A DNA stretch of 63,327 nucleotides, the filler included, from Nitrospinae bacterium RIFCSPLOWO2_12_FULL_45_22 (GTDB taxonomy: Bacteria; 2-12-FULL-45-22), in NCBI GenBank assembly GCA_001803565.1. It is 6 parts of 6 records of this genome, joined end to end, with 100 filler letters (N's around TTAATTAATTAA, not from the genome) between each part and the next. Parts side by side here need not be neighbours in the genome. Positions count along the whole stretch, not along the records: positions 1 to 14,321 come from MHDQ01000259.1; 5 more parts are not named here. The stretch is one strand, 5' to 3'. Under the pieces are notes generated by a model. That model was not told the DNA's origin. It did no database searches and worked only from the letters and a program-made list of their open reading frames with translations. Below, one piece after another: positions 1 through 10,725 of the stretch. Each line of letters opens with the position of its first letter. Within the stretch, counting starts at the first letter, position 1. Made by a program: the position numbers and the translations under genes.

Positions 1-1155
1 TGGCCTATGGAATTTCAGAATCCTGAATGGTACCGTAGAAAGGGAGAGATAAGAAACTGGGATTCATTTCCTGAGGCAAGGGACGGAGATTTTTGCTCCC
101 TGAAGGAGCTTGATACATCTAACAGGGAAGTATTAAAGGCCCTGATAGATGTCTATAAATACTGGATCGCTGTTTCTGACATTGACGGATACAGGCTTGA
201 TGCAGTAAAGCATCTTGAGGACTCAAGCACAGCAATATTCTGCTCTGCAATAAGGGAATATGCCCAGAAGATAGGGAAGAAAAACTTCTTCCTGTTTGGA
301 GAGATTATCGGAGATGACAGATTTATAGACCAGTATATAGCACGCAATGCCCGCATACCGGAAACCAATGAGAGATTTCCATCCCTCGATGCAGCCCTGG
401 ATTTTCCCCTCTGGGGAATTCTTGAAGGGATTATTAAAGGTTTTATAAACCCTGCTGAGTTGAGAGCAAGATATGAAAGATTTAAAGAACTCTATAGCGA
501 CCACGGCCAGGCAGGTCAATATTTTGTTACCTTTGTTGATAATCATGACCAGATCGGGCGTTCACCACGAGGAAGATTTCTCCATAATAATCCCTTCAAT
601 AAACAGGCAGTGCTTGCTATAGGCTATTTACTCACGAGTTCAGGCATCCCCTGTGTCTACTATGGCACTGAACAGGGATTCGATGGTGGAGGTGACCATG
701 ATAAATACATAAGGGAATGCATGTTCGGTGGTAAATGGGGGGCATTTAATACAACAGGGCATCACTTCTTCAACGCCGAGAATCCCATCTATAAAGAGAT
801 TTCACTGATAGCAAAAATAAGACATGAGGAGCCTGCACTCCGCTATGGGAGACAGTATTTCAGAGAGATATCCGGAAATGGCATTGATTTTGGCTTCCCC
901 CTTGATGGCAGATGTACATTAGCATACTCAAGGGTTCTTGATGATACAGAGATACTCATTGCCATGAACCTCGATACTAATCCGAGAAATGATTTTATAA
1001 CAGCTGACGCTAACCTCACACCTGCTGGTAAGGAGATGGTGAACCTTCTGAAACCTGAATCGAAAGTCATTGTAAATAAGGCAATTGGACGACACATAAT
1101 TAATGCCCCTTTCGACCCTCATGAGATTGCCATATTTAAACTAAGAGTAGATTGA
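1..1155 (+). CDS. GH13 alpha-amylase family glycoside hydrolase (5' partial)
   Basis: GH13 regions II-IV: DGYRLDAVKH, FGEI, FVDNHD; also GIPCVYYGTEQG. The frame is open to the window edge. Confidence 0.9.
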   Translation, partial: WPMEFQNPEWYRRKGEIRNWDSFPEARDGDFCSLKELDTSNREVLKALIDVYKYWIAVSDIDGYRLDAVKHLEDSSTAIFCSAIREYAQKIGKKNFFLFGEIIGDDRFIDQYIARNARIPETNERFPSLDAALDFPLWGILEGIIKGFINPAELRARYERFKELYSDHGQAGQYFVTFVDNHDQIGRSPRGRFLHNNPFNKQAVLAIGYLLTSSGIPCVYYGTEQGFDGGGDHDKYIRECMFGGKWGAFNTTGHHFFNAENPIYKEISLIAKIRHEEPALRYGRQYFREISGNGIDFGFPLDGRCTLAYSRVLDDTEILIAMNLDTNPRNDFITADANLTPAGKEMVNLLKPESKVIVNKAIGRHIINAPFDPHEIAIFKLRVD

Positions 1156-1292
1156 GGGTCGCAAACCTTCAAAAATCATTTGATAAAGGTAAAAGGAAAG
1201 GATAATAAATGAAGAATGAAGGTTTGTCCCCGGACTGTCGCTTCCGGCGGCGTGCTTTCAGGGGATGAGAGGAGTGGCTATAGATTGCCCTC

Positions 1293-1595
1293 GTGGGGCA
1301 TGTTGTTTTATCATTTGTCATATGGTTTCTATTATTTCAGGGTGCTTTATGGACACTTGCCGTCACCCGGCTTCTCAATGTCGGGGTCTTTAGCATATTT
1401 CTGGGATGGCTCGGTTTCTATCTTTCTGTAAGCGGCACATTGTGTGTAATTATTGCAGCGCTTTTTGGCCTCGGCATCCCTTTTCTTTTACTTAAAGGAA
1501 ACCTTATTGATTTACCATGGGGAAGAGACCAGGAGAAAGATAAGGGATTTTATCAATATTTTGGAATTAAGGACGGAAGATCTTCAAAGAAGTAA
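1293..1595 (+). CDS. small membrane protein
   Basis: 100-aa ORF with about 3 hydrophobic segments, GTG start, co-oriented with neighbours. Confidence 0.55.
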   Translation: MGHVVLSFVIWFLLFQGALWTLAVTRLLNVGVFSIFLGWLGFYLSVSGTLCVIIAALFGLGIPFLLLKGNLIDLPWGRDQEKDKGFYQYFGIKDGRSSKK

Positions 1596-1648
1596 TCGAG
1601 ATAGATGTCACAATTCTTTGTTTATAGGTTTCATTGGGGAGGTGTTAA

Positions 1649-3019
1649 ATGTCAAACGATTTCGCCGATATCAAGGGTAAGGCTGAAAAGTTGAGAAAGG
1701 ATATAGATGAAGTTAAAGCCCTTATAAGTAAGTGCAGTAATGAGGTATCGGCTGAGGTATCGACCATGAGGAATGAAGTTGATGACCTGTTAGCCAAAAC
1801 TCTTTCCTCCCCTGAAAAGTGGGATGGGGCTAAGGATAGTCAGACTGATATAATTAAGAAGATTAGCGAGGTGTTGCCAGGTAGGATAAAGATGCTGAAG
1901 GACAGTCTAATCCAGGCAGCCGGTGGACCGGCTGTTAGTATGAAAGGGGTAAAGCGTGTAGTCATTCCAGGGATTATCCTTTTAATAATAATGGTAGGAA
2001 TTTATATCTGGCTCCATTACTTTGACAAGATCCCTTCCTACGATAGGAATAGCGGCAAGGCATTTTTCAGGGCCCTTGGGAGGGTCAAGGCATCTACTGC
2101 AAGGCCAGAAGTAAGGCCAGAGGAAGTGTCTGATGCATTGAAGGAGCTATATGAAAATGGGGTCGGAAATGATTTATTGACATTAGAGTTTTTAGAGAGG
2201 ATTAATTTCCTCAAGGGGTTTGTATCAAGCTTTACACTCAATGAGATCCCTATGAATGATAAAAAGATAATGGATTTAAGGGATAAGCTGCCCCGCACAG
2301 AGGAAGAAATAAAAGGGGTCAAAGTCAATACCAATGATAAGGAGACCAAGGAAAAGATCATTGTAGCGTTAAATGAGATCAAGCAAACCCTTGACGACCA
2401 AAAAAAAGAAAAGATAAAGTTGAACGACCTTGTTACCCTGATTGCTCGTATTACCTCTATTCCCGATTTCAAAACGAAGGTGGATGGCAAAGAGGTTGAG
2501 CTTTTGAACCCCATTAGAGTTTCATATCTCAAGGACCTTATAGCGGCCTGGTCAACCTCTGCCCTCTCACAAACCGACCCCCGGGTGGTTGAGATAAAAG
2601 ATAAGATCGAGAGGATTGATAAGGAAGCAGTGGGGCTTTCCCAGAATGCTGGATTTTTCTGGATCACCAGCTACTGGAGGTGGCTAGAGATTGTATTCTG
2701 GGGAGAATTTGGGGTGATAGTTGGTATCCTTATCTGGGTGTGTGCCCAGCTAGAGGCAGGTAAATATACGAAGGATGTGTATGATAAAGAGAAATATTGG
2801 TATTTGACAGAGGTGGTTATAGGACCCATCGTTATCGTGGCGGTCTTCTTTCTATTGAAACAGTTTATAGGGACACTCTTGACTGGGATTACAGAGGAGG
2901 AGGTCAAGGGCTCTATTTATATTACCCTTGGCTTATCTTTTGTCCTTGGACTCTATATACGGAGGACGCTGGGCATCTTCGATTTTATTAAGCAAAAACT
3001 GCCACTTCCAAAGAATTGA
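1649..3019 (+). CDS. hypothetical membrane protein (coiled coil, TM, internally repeated helical domain, 3 C-terminal TMs)
   Basis: 456-aa ORF, GGAGGTG RBS, hydrophobic segments. Confidence 0.8.
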   Translation: MSNDFADIKGKAEKLRKDIDEVKALISKCSNEVSAEVSTMRNEVDDLLAKTLSSPEKWDGAKDSQTDIIKKISEVLPGRIKMLKDSLIQAAGGPAVSMKGVKRVVIPGIILLIIMVGIYIWLHYFDKIPSYDRNSGKAFFRALGRVKASTARPEVRPEEVSDALKELYENGVGNDLLTLEFLERINFLKGFVSSFTLNEIPMNDKKIMDLRDKLPRTEEEIKGVKVNTNDKETKEKIIVALNEIKQTLDDQKKEKIKLNDLVTLIARITSIPDFKTKVDGKEVELLNPIRVSYLKDLIAAWSTSALSQTDPRVVEIKDKIERIDKEAVGLSQNAGFFWITSYWRWLEIVFWGEFGVIVGILIWVCAQLEAGKYTKDVYDKEKYWYLTEVVIGPIVIVAVFFLLKQFIGTLLTGITEEEVKGSIYITLGLSFVLGLYIRRTLGIFDFIKQKLPLPKN

Positions 3020-3254
3020 GTTAACGAAAAAGAGCAAAATAATAGGGGTTAATCTGGCATTAGTGGCGGAACCCAGAATAAGTTACAATCTGAATATTCA
3101 TTTTTTAAATATATCATATGCTTATCCACTTAACTCCTAATAAATCTAGCTCAAACTGTTCGCTGGTAAGGCTTTATGCGAAAAAAATGGGAGATCATTC
3201 AAATATTTAATTCATCAATAAAATGGTATAGTTACGGTTGGATTTAGGAGCTAA

Positions 3255-3608
3255 GTCAATAGGCATTATATCATTATAATCGACAGCGAGGGAAAATTTA
3301 TTGGAATGATGGATGCCCGCGAGCTCAATTCTATCTTTATGTCTCCTGAGGCACCATTTAATTCAGATGACTTTGCAAGGTGGATAAACATGTCTGACAC
3401 GGCTTCTCTAACAAACCTTTCAGGATTTTTGTCAGCTAAAGATGCCATCAAAAATGATTCGGACAAACAGAGAGCCCTGGAGAGAATGGAGGCCCTTAAT
3501 ACCGAGACCCTCCCTGTTATAGATGAAGCGGGAAAGTTTGTTGGGGTTGTTGACAGGTCCCGCCTAATAGCAAGTCTAATTATTGATGTGGCAAACAAAG
3601 TTCAGTGA
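3255..3608 (+). pseudogene. CBS-domain protein, C-terminal remnant
   Basis: CBS motifs YIIIIDSEGKFIGM and LPVIDEAGKFVGVV. Similarity extends upstream of the ATG at 3306 to an in-frame stop at 3252, suggesting 5' truncation. Confidence 0.6.
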
Positions 3609-3744
3609 AACTCACAAAAAATCATAATGGATTGTAACTGTTGAGCAAGGTTGGTCTTATATTGGTAAGCATTGAACACGTAAGAGGCGGCCGTATCTGG
3701 CTGTATTGATTTGGGTTTAATGGTCCGACACGGAGGATTAAAAT

Positions 3745-4374
3745 ATGGAGATAAACAGAAGTGTTCGGCTTGAAGGCAAAGATTATATACCTTCCGAAAC
3801 CACAAAAGACTTGCTCGTTTTACATCATACCGTTGGTGGTACTGCCCTAAGCACAATCAACTTCTGGAAGACAGACCCTAACAGGATTGCCACTGCATAT
3901 GTTATTGAAAGAAATGGTGAAATCTATGAGGTCTTTGACCCTAAGTACTGGGCATTTCACCTTGGGCTTAAAGGCACTGGCGGTGCTGTGGATAAGAGGA
4001 GTATTGGTATCGAGATTGCCAGTGAGGGGGGGTTAACCCAGAGGGATGGAAAACTATATTGTTTTGGCAAGGTTTCTGACCGGACATTGTTTACTCAGGA
4101 GTATTATGACCATGGAATGCCCTGGAGGGGATACCGCTTCTTCGACGCATACTCTGATGCTCAGATATCAGCGGTGATTGAGCTTATCAATCAGATCTGC
4201 GACCAGTTTAAAATACCCAGGCACACCCCTGCTAACCATTTTGGTGCCGATGATAGCTATCGACAATTTGCTGGTATTCTTGGCCATCATCATCTGCGAC
4301 CTGATAAATCTGATATCCACCCTGGTTTCGCCTGGCAAGGGGTTATTGAGGGGTGTAGTCTGGAGTTAATTTAA
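3745..4374 (+). CDS. N-acetylmuramoyl-L-alanine amidase (Amidase_2 type)
   Basis: LLVLHHT, WAFH, SIGIEI and GHHHLRPDKSDIHP Zn-amidase motifs; GGAGG RBS. Confidence 0.9.
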   Translation: MEINRSVRLEGKDYIPSETTKDLLVLHHTVGGTALSTINFWKTDPNRIATAYVIERNGEIYEVFDPKYWAFHLGLKGTGGAVDKRSIGIEIASEGGLTQRDGKLYCFGKVSDRTLFTQEYYDHGMPWRGYRFFDAYSDAQISAVIELINQICDQFKIPRHTPANHFGADDSYRQFAGILGHHHLRPDKSDIHPGFAWQGVIEGCSLELI

Positions 4375-4441
4375 TTGGGTTAAAGCAAAGAAATATACAG
4401 AACACCGAAAAAGGGGAAGTTCTAAATTATGGGAGGGTATT

Positions 4442-5103
4442 ATGGCTTTGAGGGCTGATGCTGTTTTTGAAGGCGGTGGGGTTAAAGGTATTGGATTAGT
4501 AGGTGCAGTATCCGAAATTGAAAGGGCCGGCTATGAATTCGAAAATCTTGCTGGTACCTCAGCCGGGGCAATCGTTACTGCCCTCCTTGCAGTAAACTAT
4601 AATGCCGGAGAGATTAAAAGAGAACTTGAAAAGCTTAATTACAACAATTTCAAGGATGAGGGATTACTTGACAAACTAGGCATTGTCGGTAAGGGGTTGA
4701 GTATTGGCTTTGAATATGGAATCTACGAAGGAGAATATTTTGAAGCCTGGACGAGAATCTATTGGAGGCCAAAGGAAAAACCACATTTGAGCAAATAAGG
4801 ACAGAATATAAAGAAGAGAAGTATAGATATAAACTGCAGGTGGTAGCAGCAGATATTACCGATAGAAAACTCCTTATTCTCCCAGGAGATCTAAGAAATT
4901 TTGGATATGATCCTGATCAGTTCAGCATCTCAAGAGCTGTAAGAATGAATATGAGTATCCCGGTATTTTTTGAGCCTGTTAAGCTGAGGGACAATAGCGG
5001 AAGGGACCATTTTATAGTGGATGGTGGGGTATTGAGTATAAAGTTATTCAACTTAAGCTACCAGCCTGGACGTTATCAGCCATTGGGGTTGAACGATCTA
5101 TAG
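4442..5103 (+). pseudogene. patatin-like phospholipase, frameshifted and 3' truncated
   Basis: EGGGVKG and GTSAG in frame 1; about 1-nt loss near 4751; frame 2 reaches DGGVLS, then loses similarity at about 5038. Confidence 0.8.
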
Positions 5104-5362
5104 GAAATGGAGGTTGGGGGTGGACACACTAATTACATCTCTCCGGTTTGAAATTGGGTCTTTGCTCTTAGGTCTGGTGCTGATAGTGACCTTATCGCTT
5201 TGACAAGCCTGGTGCCGGGGTTGCAGTAGATCCGAGGGACAGGGCTTCACTGGCCGCTGTGCCCAAGTGAAAGTTCTCAATGTTGTCTGTCATCCTCTGA
5301 GTGAAGTCGTTTAGATTTAATAAAATATGCGTTGAGTCAGACTTTATGAATAGAGACGGGCT

Positions 5363-6310
5363 ATGAACATTCTTAAGGCAATAGCGAAATTTATTGGTTG
5401 GTTGTCTGGTTCTTTAGCTGGAATTGGTGCCATTTTCGCCGTTTGCGGCTACCTAATAACTATTGCAAATTTACATTTATTGGGCCTGGATATTCGAATA
5501 TTGGATTATAATACGGAATATTATTTGAGAAGAGGGGGGAATTTCTTTTTCTATCTGGTAAGCCTAATGGGCGAAAAGATATTGCTACCACTATTAGTCA
5601 TAATGCTTATTGTATCAGTAATATTTCTTCTATTTTATGTAGTTATAACAAAAAGTTCTGTTTATAAGCATTTTGTATTATTTTGGAACAGAATTTTGAA
5701 TATTAAATCTGAATATTCACCAGTTTTTAGGGCTTTAATTTTTATATTTATGGTTATCCTATTTATTTACCAGCTAGGTCCACGCTTAGAGTTATTTATT
5801 ACCCCTTTGAAGATATCTAATCTATTATATGATATTGATGAAACAGATACTAACGCTCTAAAGAGTTCAATAAAGCGCTCCATTCTAAGTGGAGAAACCA
5901 AGGAATTGGCATTTCGTTTTTATGAAATTTTAATGTCTGTAGTTATGGCAGGTTTGCTATTATTCGTGGTCTGGCGTGTCACCCTCACCTGGCCGCTGCG
6001 AATTATATTAGTTTCTCCATTTGTCGTTATTTTTATTCTCTACCTTCTATTTTTGCCCATGGTTTATGGCGTATTGATACTTACCCCTGAATTTCCCCCC
6101 ATCGCAGTTAGTTCTAAAAATGAGATGATTTCAAACCAATCTGGACCATTTTATCTTCTCAATAAGAAAGAAGAGGAATTTATCGTATGGGATTCTGCGA
6201 ATAAGAAATTGATCTGGATTCCAAAAAAAGAAGTCAGCGTAGCGGAAATTTGGCGTAGTGAACCTCTTTTTAAAAAGCATCGAAAAGCGGAGGGGCCGGA
6301 GAAGCCATGA
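5363..6310 (+). CDS. multi-pass membrane protein
   Basis: 315 aa, 5-6 TM segments, stop overlaps the next start (ATGA). Confidence 0.8.
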   Translation: MNILKAIAKFIGWLSGSLAGIGAIFAVCGYLITIANLHLLGLDIRILDYNTEYYLRRGGNFFFYLVSLMGEKILLPLLVIMLIVSVIFLLFYVVITKSSVYKHFVLFWNRILNIKSEYSPVFRALIFIFMVILFIYQLGPRLELFITPLKISNLLYDIDETDTNALKSSIKRSILSGETKELAFRFYEILMSVVMAGLLLFVVWRVTLTWPLRIILVSPFVVIFILYLLFLPMVYGVLILTPEFPPIAVSSKNEMISNQSGPFYLLNKKEEEFIVWDSANKKLIWIPKKEVSVAEIWRSEPLFKKHRKAEGPEKP

Positions 6311-7224
6311 TATTCCTTAAGGGAATATTAGCATATGTCAAACCTTTATCGTTATTCGTTTTCACTCTCTTCCTGTGGGGGTGTGCTCCCCTTTCTCCTG
6401 CACCAGATAAAGGAGTTTCTATTGGTAATATTCGCGTGGTGTATGGGGTAAATGCCTTTGTAAACCAAAGCAAAGCCTATAGCGGGATGAAGATTTATAG
6501 TGGGGACAAAGTGACAACCGGTCGTGATACTATGGTTTATGTGCAATTTCCTGACGGAGGCGTTATTCAGATAGACCAAAATACCGACCCAGAATTTTAC
6601 CAATGGTTTGAGCGTGGCAAGTGTATTATTAGAATTTTTTTCAAATTCGGCCAGGCATATGGAGAAACAAAAATAGGATGCGATTGGTTATTGGATACCG
6701 GGCACTTGGAAGGAGTACCAAAGACAAAATTTAATATAGAGATCACTCCAGAACGGTCAATTTTAACAGTTATACAAGGAAGGATGGAATTGACACAGCC
6801 GGAACGGATGTCGGTTGAACAATCATATCAAGTTGTGGTTTCTAAAAATAAGGTGGAGGGTGTGCGTGAACTTTCTCCCCAGGAGCTTCGTTCAGTGACT
6901 CGTTGGCGAGAACCGTATATTGATAGACCAGGCTGGTGTTGTAGTGGAGGAAAGGTCTTTGAAAGCTATCCTGAAGACTGTAAAGGCAGGAAGGGCTTTT
7001 TCTCCTATGATGAAGAAGAGGTCAGGGAGGGGTGTATACCGAGAGAAGAGAGAATGGGCTGGTGTTGTAGTGGAGGAAAGGTCTTTGAAAGCTATCCTGA
7101 AGATTGTACACGAAGGACAGACTTTTTCTCCTATGATGAAAAAGAGGTCAGGGAAAGGTGTAGACCACCGATCCCAAAGAGGATACCAAAGAGGATACCA
7201 AAGAGAGGTGTCGGACCGTTCTAG
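6307..7224 (+). CDS. FecR-like domain lipoprotein with two Cys-rich C-terminal repeats
   Basis: Lipobox LWGC; FecR-like GDKVTTG...FPDGGVIQIDQNT and LTVIQGRM; GWCC repeat twice. Confidence 0.7.
   Translation: MIFLKGILAYVKPLSLFVFTLFLWGCAPLSPAPDKGVSIGNIRVVYGVNAFVNQSKAYSGMKIYSGDKVTTGRDTMVYVQFPDGGVIQIDQNTDPEFYQWFERGKCIIRIFFKFGQAYGETKIGCDWLLDTGHLEGVPKTKFNIEITPERSILTVIQGRMELTQPERMSVEQSYQVVVSKNKVEGVRELSPQELRSVTRWREPYIDRPGWCCSGGKVFESYPEDCKGRKGFFSYDEEEVREGCIPREERMGWCCSGGKVFESYPEDCTRRTDFFSYDEKEVRERCRPPIPKRIPKRIPKRGVGPF
6931..7162 (+). repeat. intragenic direct repeat, 126-bp period, 2 copies
   Basis: GGCTGGTGTTGTAGTGGAGGAAAGGTCTTTGAAAGCTATCCTGAAGA starts at 6931 and 7057; about 3 copies of a 12-bp IPKR-coding repeat follow. 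Confidence 0.95.
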
Positions 7225-7363
7225 AGTGACCGTTGTATAGCCTCTTTACCTATTCCTGAACCTCTCCTAAAAATAGGAAGAGCGACTATTTAAATGTCTC
7301 TTTTGTGGTAGCAAAACTTAAGACCCAATTAAGGTCAAAGTTATAGAAATGGAGGATTTTAAG

Positions 7364-10138
7364 ATGCCTGGCATACGCTTTAAGGAGACTATGGATGGCT
7401 ATCTGGGGCAAAATATCATGCATTTCAGGGATGGGGAGGACTACGGCATAAGGCACGATAATGCCATCAGGTTTGATATCGAGATAGAGATTGACTCAGT
7501 GGATAAGTTTATCCAGGTCTCTTCCCACCATGCCGCCGTAAATGGGATGTTTTACTGCAAGTCCATAGGTGGGGAAAAAGGTATGGTTATCGAAAATGGA
7601 AGGTTCAACCTCTTTGATGTAGACCCGCAAACAGGCCACAGGAGAATGCTCTATTCCTTTAACTTCAATGCCCCTGATGGAATTCAATACTATTTTTCAG
7701 GATTCAAGGATATCTACCATGACAAGGTGGTGGACATGCTCGAAGATATGACCACCCTCTTTGTGAGGATATATAAGGGGAGGGACGAAACCAGCGATAT
7801 TTACGGCAGCGGGGTTATGTATTTCAGGATCAAAGACCTGGCCTCTATGGTAAAGATGATAAGGTCCGGGGAGGTAATAGAGGCAAGTAATTTCCTGGAA
7901 AAATATGCTACTGTAGCCAAGTTTGTCAGCTTTTTTATCGCAGAAACCCTTAAGACCTATACCCCTGGGCCAAGGTTCTTGTACACCACGAGATATGAAA
8001 ACCTGTTACTTTCAGGGGAACTTAGAGAGAAAGGGGACGATAGACCACGAAGATTCTTCTTTTTCTCCGGTGAGCATGACAAAGGCTTCCCCTGGGGTGA
8101 TGAGGAGACCATGAGCGATGCTGCCCTGCTAATATCTGATTCAAATGGAGGGTACCTCCGCTTCGGCATCACCAGACATTCTTTGAAGGGGCTGGATGTG
8201 GACCTGGAGGGCAACAGGTATGTCTATAGCGGTGAGTTATTCAGGATCAATAATGGTTATTCTGTCTCCTTCTCTGAGATAAGGGATTATAGAGAGGGTG
8301 GCAATATAGAAAATATACAGGCTGAGATCAGGCTCAGCCTTGATGTGCAGAAATACAAGAAGGTGGACATGAGCTTCAAGCCTATAAGGAGACTGGCCGG
8401 AATAATTCCTGATAGATTTGAAGCCGAGGTCCGTAAATACCTGACCATGTTCCCGCTATTGGGCCATTTCACAATACCCCACCGGGTGAGGGTGAAGGAG
8501 GGGACTATCAAGATTACAGACAGCAGCGGTGAGACCACCTATTCTATTGACCCAAACAACACCTTCGGGGAAGGGGAGCTGGGGGAGATAAATAACTTCA
8601 GAGAACCTACCATGTATTACAACTATATGTGCGGTATACACCCATTTGCCCAGGCCCTATTTCTGAAGATTACCTCAGGCACCCTGCGGAATGAAAGGGA
8701 ACAGTACTTTAAAGATATCGTTGATAAGGCCCTGGGCAAGGCAATTAAACGGGATATAAAGAAAAACCTTTTGCTAAAGGATTCTATCAGAAACAACCCG
8801 GCAGAGCCCACAGTGGTAAAGGATGATATCCTTACCCTGGTAAATGACCATTACCCTACGGCGGTGCTCCTCAGGAGGGTCGTTATGGTGGAGAATAACG
8901 GCCAGACCTTCTATGGTCTGGAGGAGTATATAGACGCAATAAATAAGGCACCCATAAACTCTGATAAGGAAGCCACAGTGGCCGTTTTTACCTATAAAGA
9001 CGCAGACAGGTGGGATGGTAGTGCGCCCAGCGAGGGGCAGGTTCTGGAGATATACAACAGTGGAGAGAAATTTGAAGTGCTTGACAGGGTAATAGAAGAG
9101 TCCGGATTCTTCCCTGTTCTGGAAAAGGCCCTGGCCAATTCGGGTAAAAAGAAGGAGGATTTCTGTATCTTCATCAAGCCGAGCTTCATGTTCTTTTACT
9201 CGCTTAAGGACAAGTCCACATATACAGACCCTGCCCTGGTAGAATACCTGGTGGAAAGGATATACGAAAAGGGCTTCCGTAACATTAAAATAGCAGAGGC
9301 CAGGAGCACCCTGAGCGTATTCTTCAGTAATCGAGATGTCAGATCAGTTGCCCGCCATATCGGGTACAGAGAAGATGGAAGATATGGGATTGTAGACCTC
9401 TCAGATAATCTGGAGCAGTGGGATTACGGTGGTAAACTGGGCAGGCATTACGTTAACAAGGAATGGAAATCTGCCGACTTCCGCATATCCTTTGCCAAGA
9501 ATAAGACCCACTCCTATGCCTATTACACCCTGTCCATAAAGAATATCTATGGGGCCCTCCCCATGGAGTACAAGTTCAAGACCTATCACTGCGATATGGG
9601 AGACATCTACGAGCCTACTATTGATTTTATAAAGGCCTTCCCCATACATTTTGGATTCATAGATGCAGTGGCAAGTGCTGATGGCCCGTTCGGCATCTTT
9701 GCGGACCCCTATCCCCAGCTCACCATGACCATAATGGCAAGTAGGGACCTGGTGGCTCTTGACTGGGTCGGTGCGGCAAAGATGGGTCTAAGCCCCATGC
9801 TCTCCAGATACATGCAGGAGGCTGTAAAGACCTTCGGGAAGCCGAGGATAAAGACAAAGGGGAACGATCAGCTTTACCGGTTCTGGGCCAATATCCCGCG
9901 GGTTGCCAGTTATGGCTCACATATGCTGGACAGACACTACACCTTCGGATACCCGCTCTATTATATAATGAGCGAGATGGACCCAGCCTTTCCTCCGAAA
10001 CCTTCTGAGTCAGACCTATTGAATGAACTCCGTTCCTTGTTCGCCAGTGCCAGAGAGGTCTTCTTCAAGACCCCCCACAACCCACCCTCATGGCTCCATG
10101 AGGTCATAAATAAGGTCATATTCAGGCTATGGCAGTAA
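7364..10138 (+). CDS. large fusion protein with C-terminal DUF362-like domain
   Basis: IFIKPSF, YTDPALVE, ISFAKNKTH, TLSIKNIYG, DLVALD resemble DUF362. GGAGG precedes the ATG at 7364; the ORF track starts at 7349. Confidence 0.75.
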   Translation: MPGIRFKETMDGYLGQNIMHFRDGEDYGIRHDNAIRFDIEIEIDSVDKFIQVSSHHAAVNGMFYCKSIGGEKGMVIENGRFNLFDVDPQTGHRRMLYSFNFNAPDGIQYYFSGFKDIYHDKVVDMLEDMTTLFVRIYKGRDETSDIYGSGVMYFRIKDLASMVKMIRSGEVIEASNFLEKYATVAKFVSFFIAETLKTYTPGPRFLYTTRYENLLLSGELREKGDDRPRRFFFFSGEHDKGFPWGDEETMSDAALLISDSNGGYLRFGITRHSLKGLDVDLEGNRYVYSGELFRINNGYSVSFSEIRDYREGGNIENIQAEIRLSLDVQKYKKVDMSFKPIRRLAGIIPDRFEAEVRKYLTMFPLLGHFTIPHRVRVKEGTIKITDSSGETTYSIDPNNTFGEGELGEINNFREPTMYYNYMCGIHPFAQALFLKITSGTLRNEREQYFKDIVDKALGKAIKRDIKKNLLLKDSIRNNPAEPTVVKDDILTLVNDHYPTAVLLRRVVMVENNGQTFYGLEEYIDAINKAPINSDKEATVAVFTYKDADRWDGSAPSEGQVLEIYNSGEKFEVLDRVIEESGFFPVLEKALANSGKKKEDFCIFIKPSFMFFYSLKDKSTYTDPALVEYLVERIYEKGFRNIKIAEARSTLSVFFSNRDVRSVARHIGYREDGRYGIVDLSDNLEQWDYGGKLGRHYVNKEWKSADFRISFAKNKTHSYAYYTLSIKNIYGALPMEYKFKTYHCDMGDIYEPTIDFIKAFPIHFGFIDAVASADGPFGIFADPYPQLTMTIMASRDLVALDWVGAAKMGLSPMLSRYMQEAVKTFGKPRIKTKGNDQLYRFWANIPRVASYGSHMLDRHYTFGYPLYYIMSEMDPAFPPKPSESDLLNELRSLFASAREVFFKTPHNPPSWLHEVINKVIFRLWQ

Positions 10139-10271
10139 AATAGCTATGAGTAATGAATTATTTTTTAAGGAATTTATAATGGTGGGAGAATTGTAGAAAT
10201 AACAGACAGATAAAGGGTTCCAATGGGATGAAATAGGCCGGGGAGGGTAAATAGTGATGGGAGGGAAGAGC

Positions 10272-10715
10272 ATGAGAAAATATTTGATAAGAGATAATGT
10301 CCCCAAAGTTATCTTGTTAAATCACCTGTTGCTCTTATGGTTTATATCAGCATGTGCTTATGTGGGCTTTATAACATATTATGACCCTATTACATATAAG
10401 AGCCTCACGGATTTAAAACCTGAGGTAATGGCTTTATATGGGACTTTTACTACGGATTCTGTCGATGCTAGTCAAATTGCAGCCACTCGCCTGAAGCTTG
10501 CCCAGATATATGAATATGAAAAAGGAAAAGGAGAAAAAAATAGAGAAACCTACGAACAGATTAAAAAAATTCAGGCGATGTTTGAGAGGCATGTTAGTGA
10601 CAGGTTGACCACTGGCAGATGGACCACGACCCACTTAAACAACCAAAAACAAAACATTGCGGAAGCCTTTGATATAGCTATAAAGACCGAGAGATTAAAG
10701 AACAAGAATGAATAG
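10272..10715 (+). CDS. putative lipoprotein
   Basis: Hydrophobic stretch ending ISAC (lipobox-like). Confidence 0.7.
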   Translation: MRKYLIRDNVPKVILLNHLLLLWFISACAYVGFITYYDPITYKSLTDLKPEVMALYGTFTTDSVDASQIAATRLKLAQIYEYEKGKGEKNRETYEQIKKIQAMFERHVSDRLTTGRWTTTHLNNQKQNIAEAFDIAIKTERLKNKNE

Positions 10716-10725
10716 GAGGCAAACT

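Noticed and set aside
2038-2667. 209-aa minus-strand ORF and the many similar short overlapping ORFs
   Set aside because: They are antisense or alternate-frame shadows of well-supported genes.
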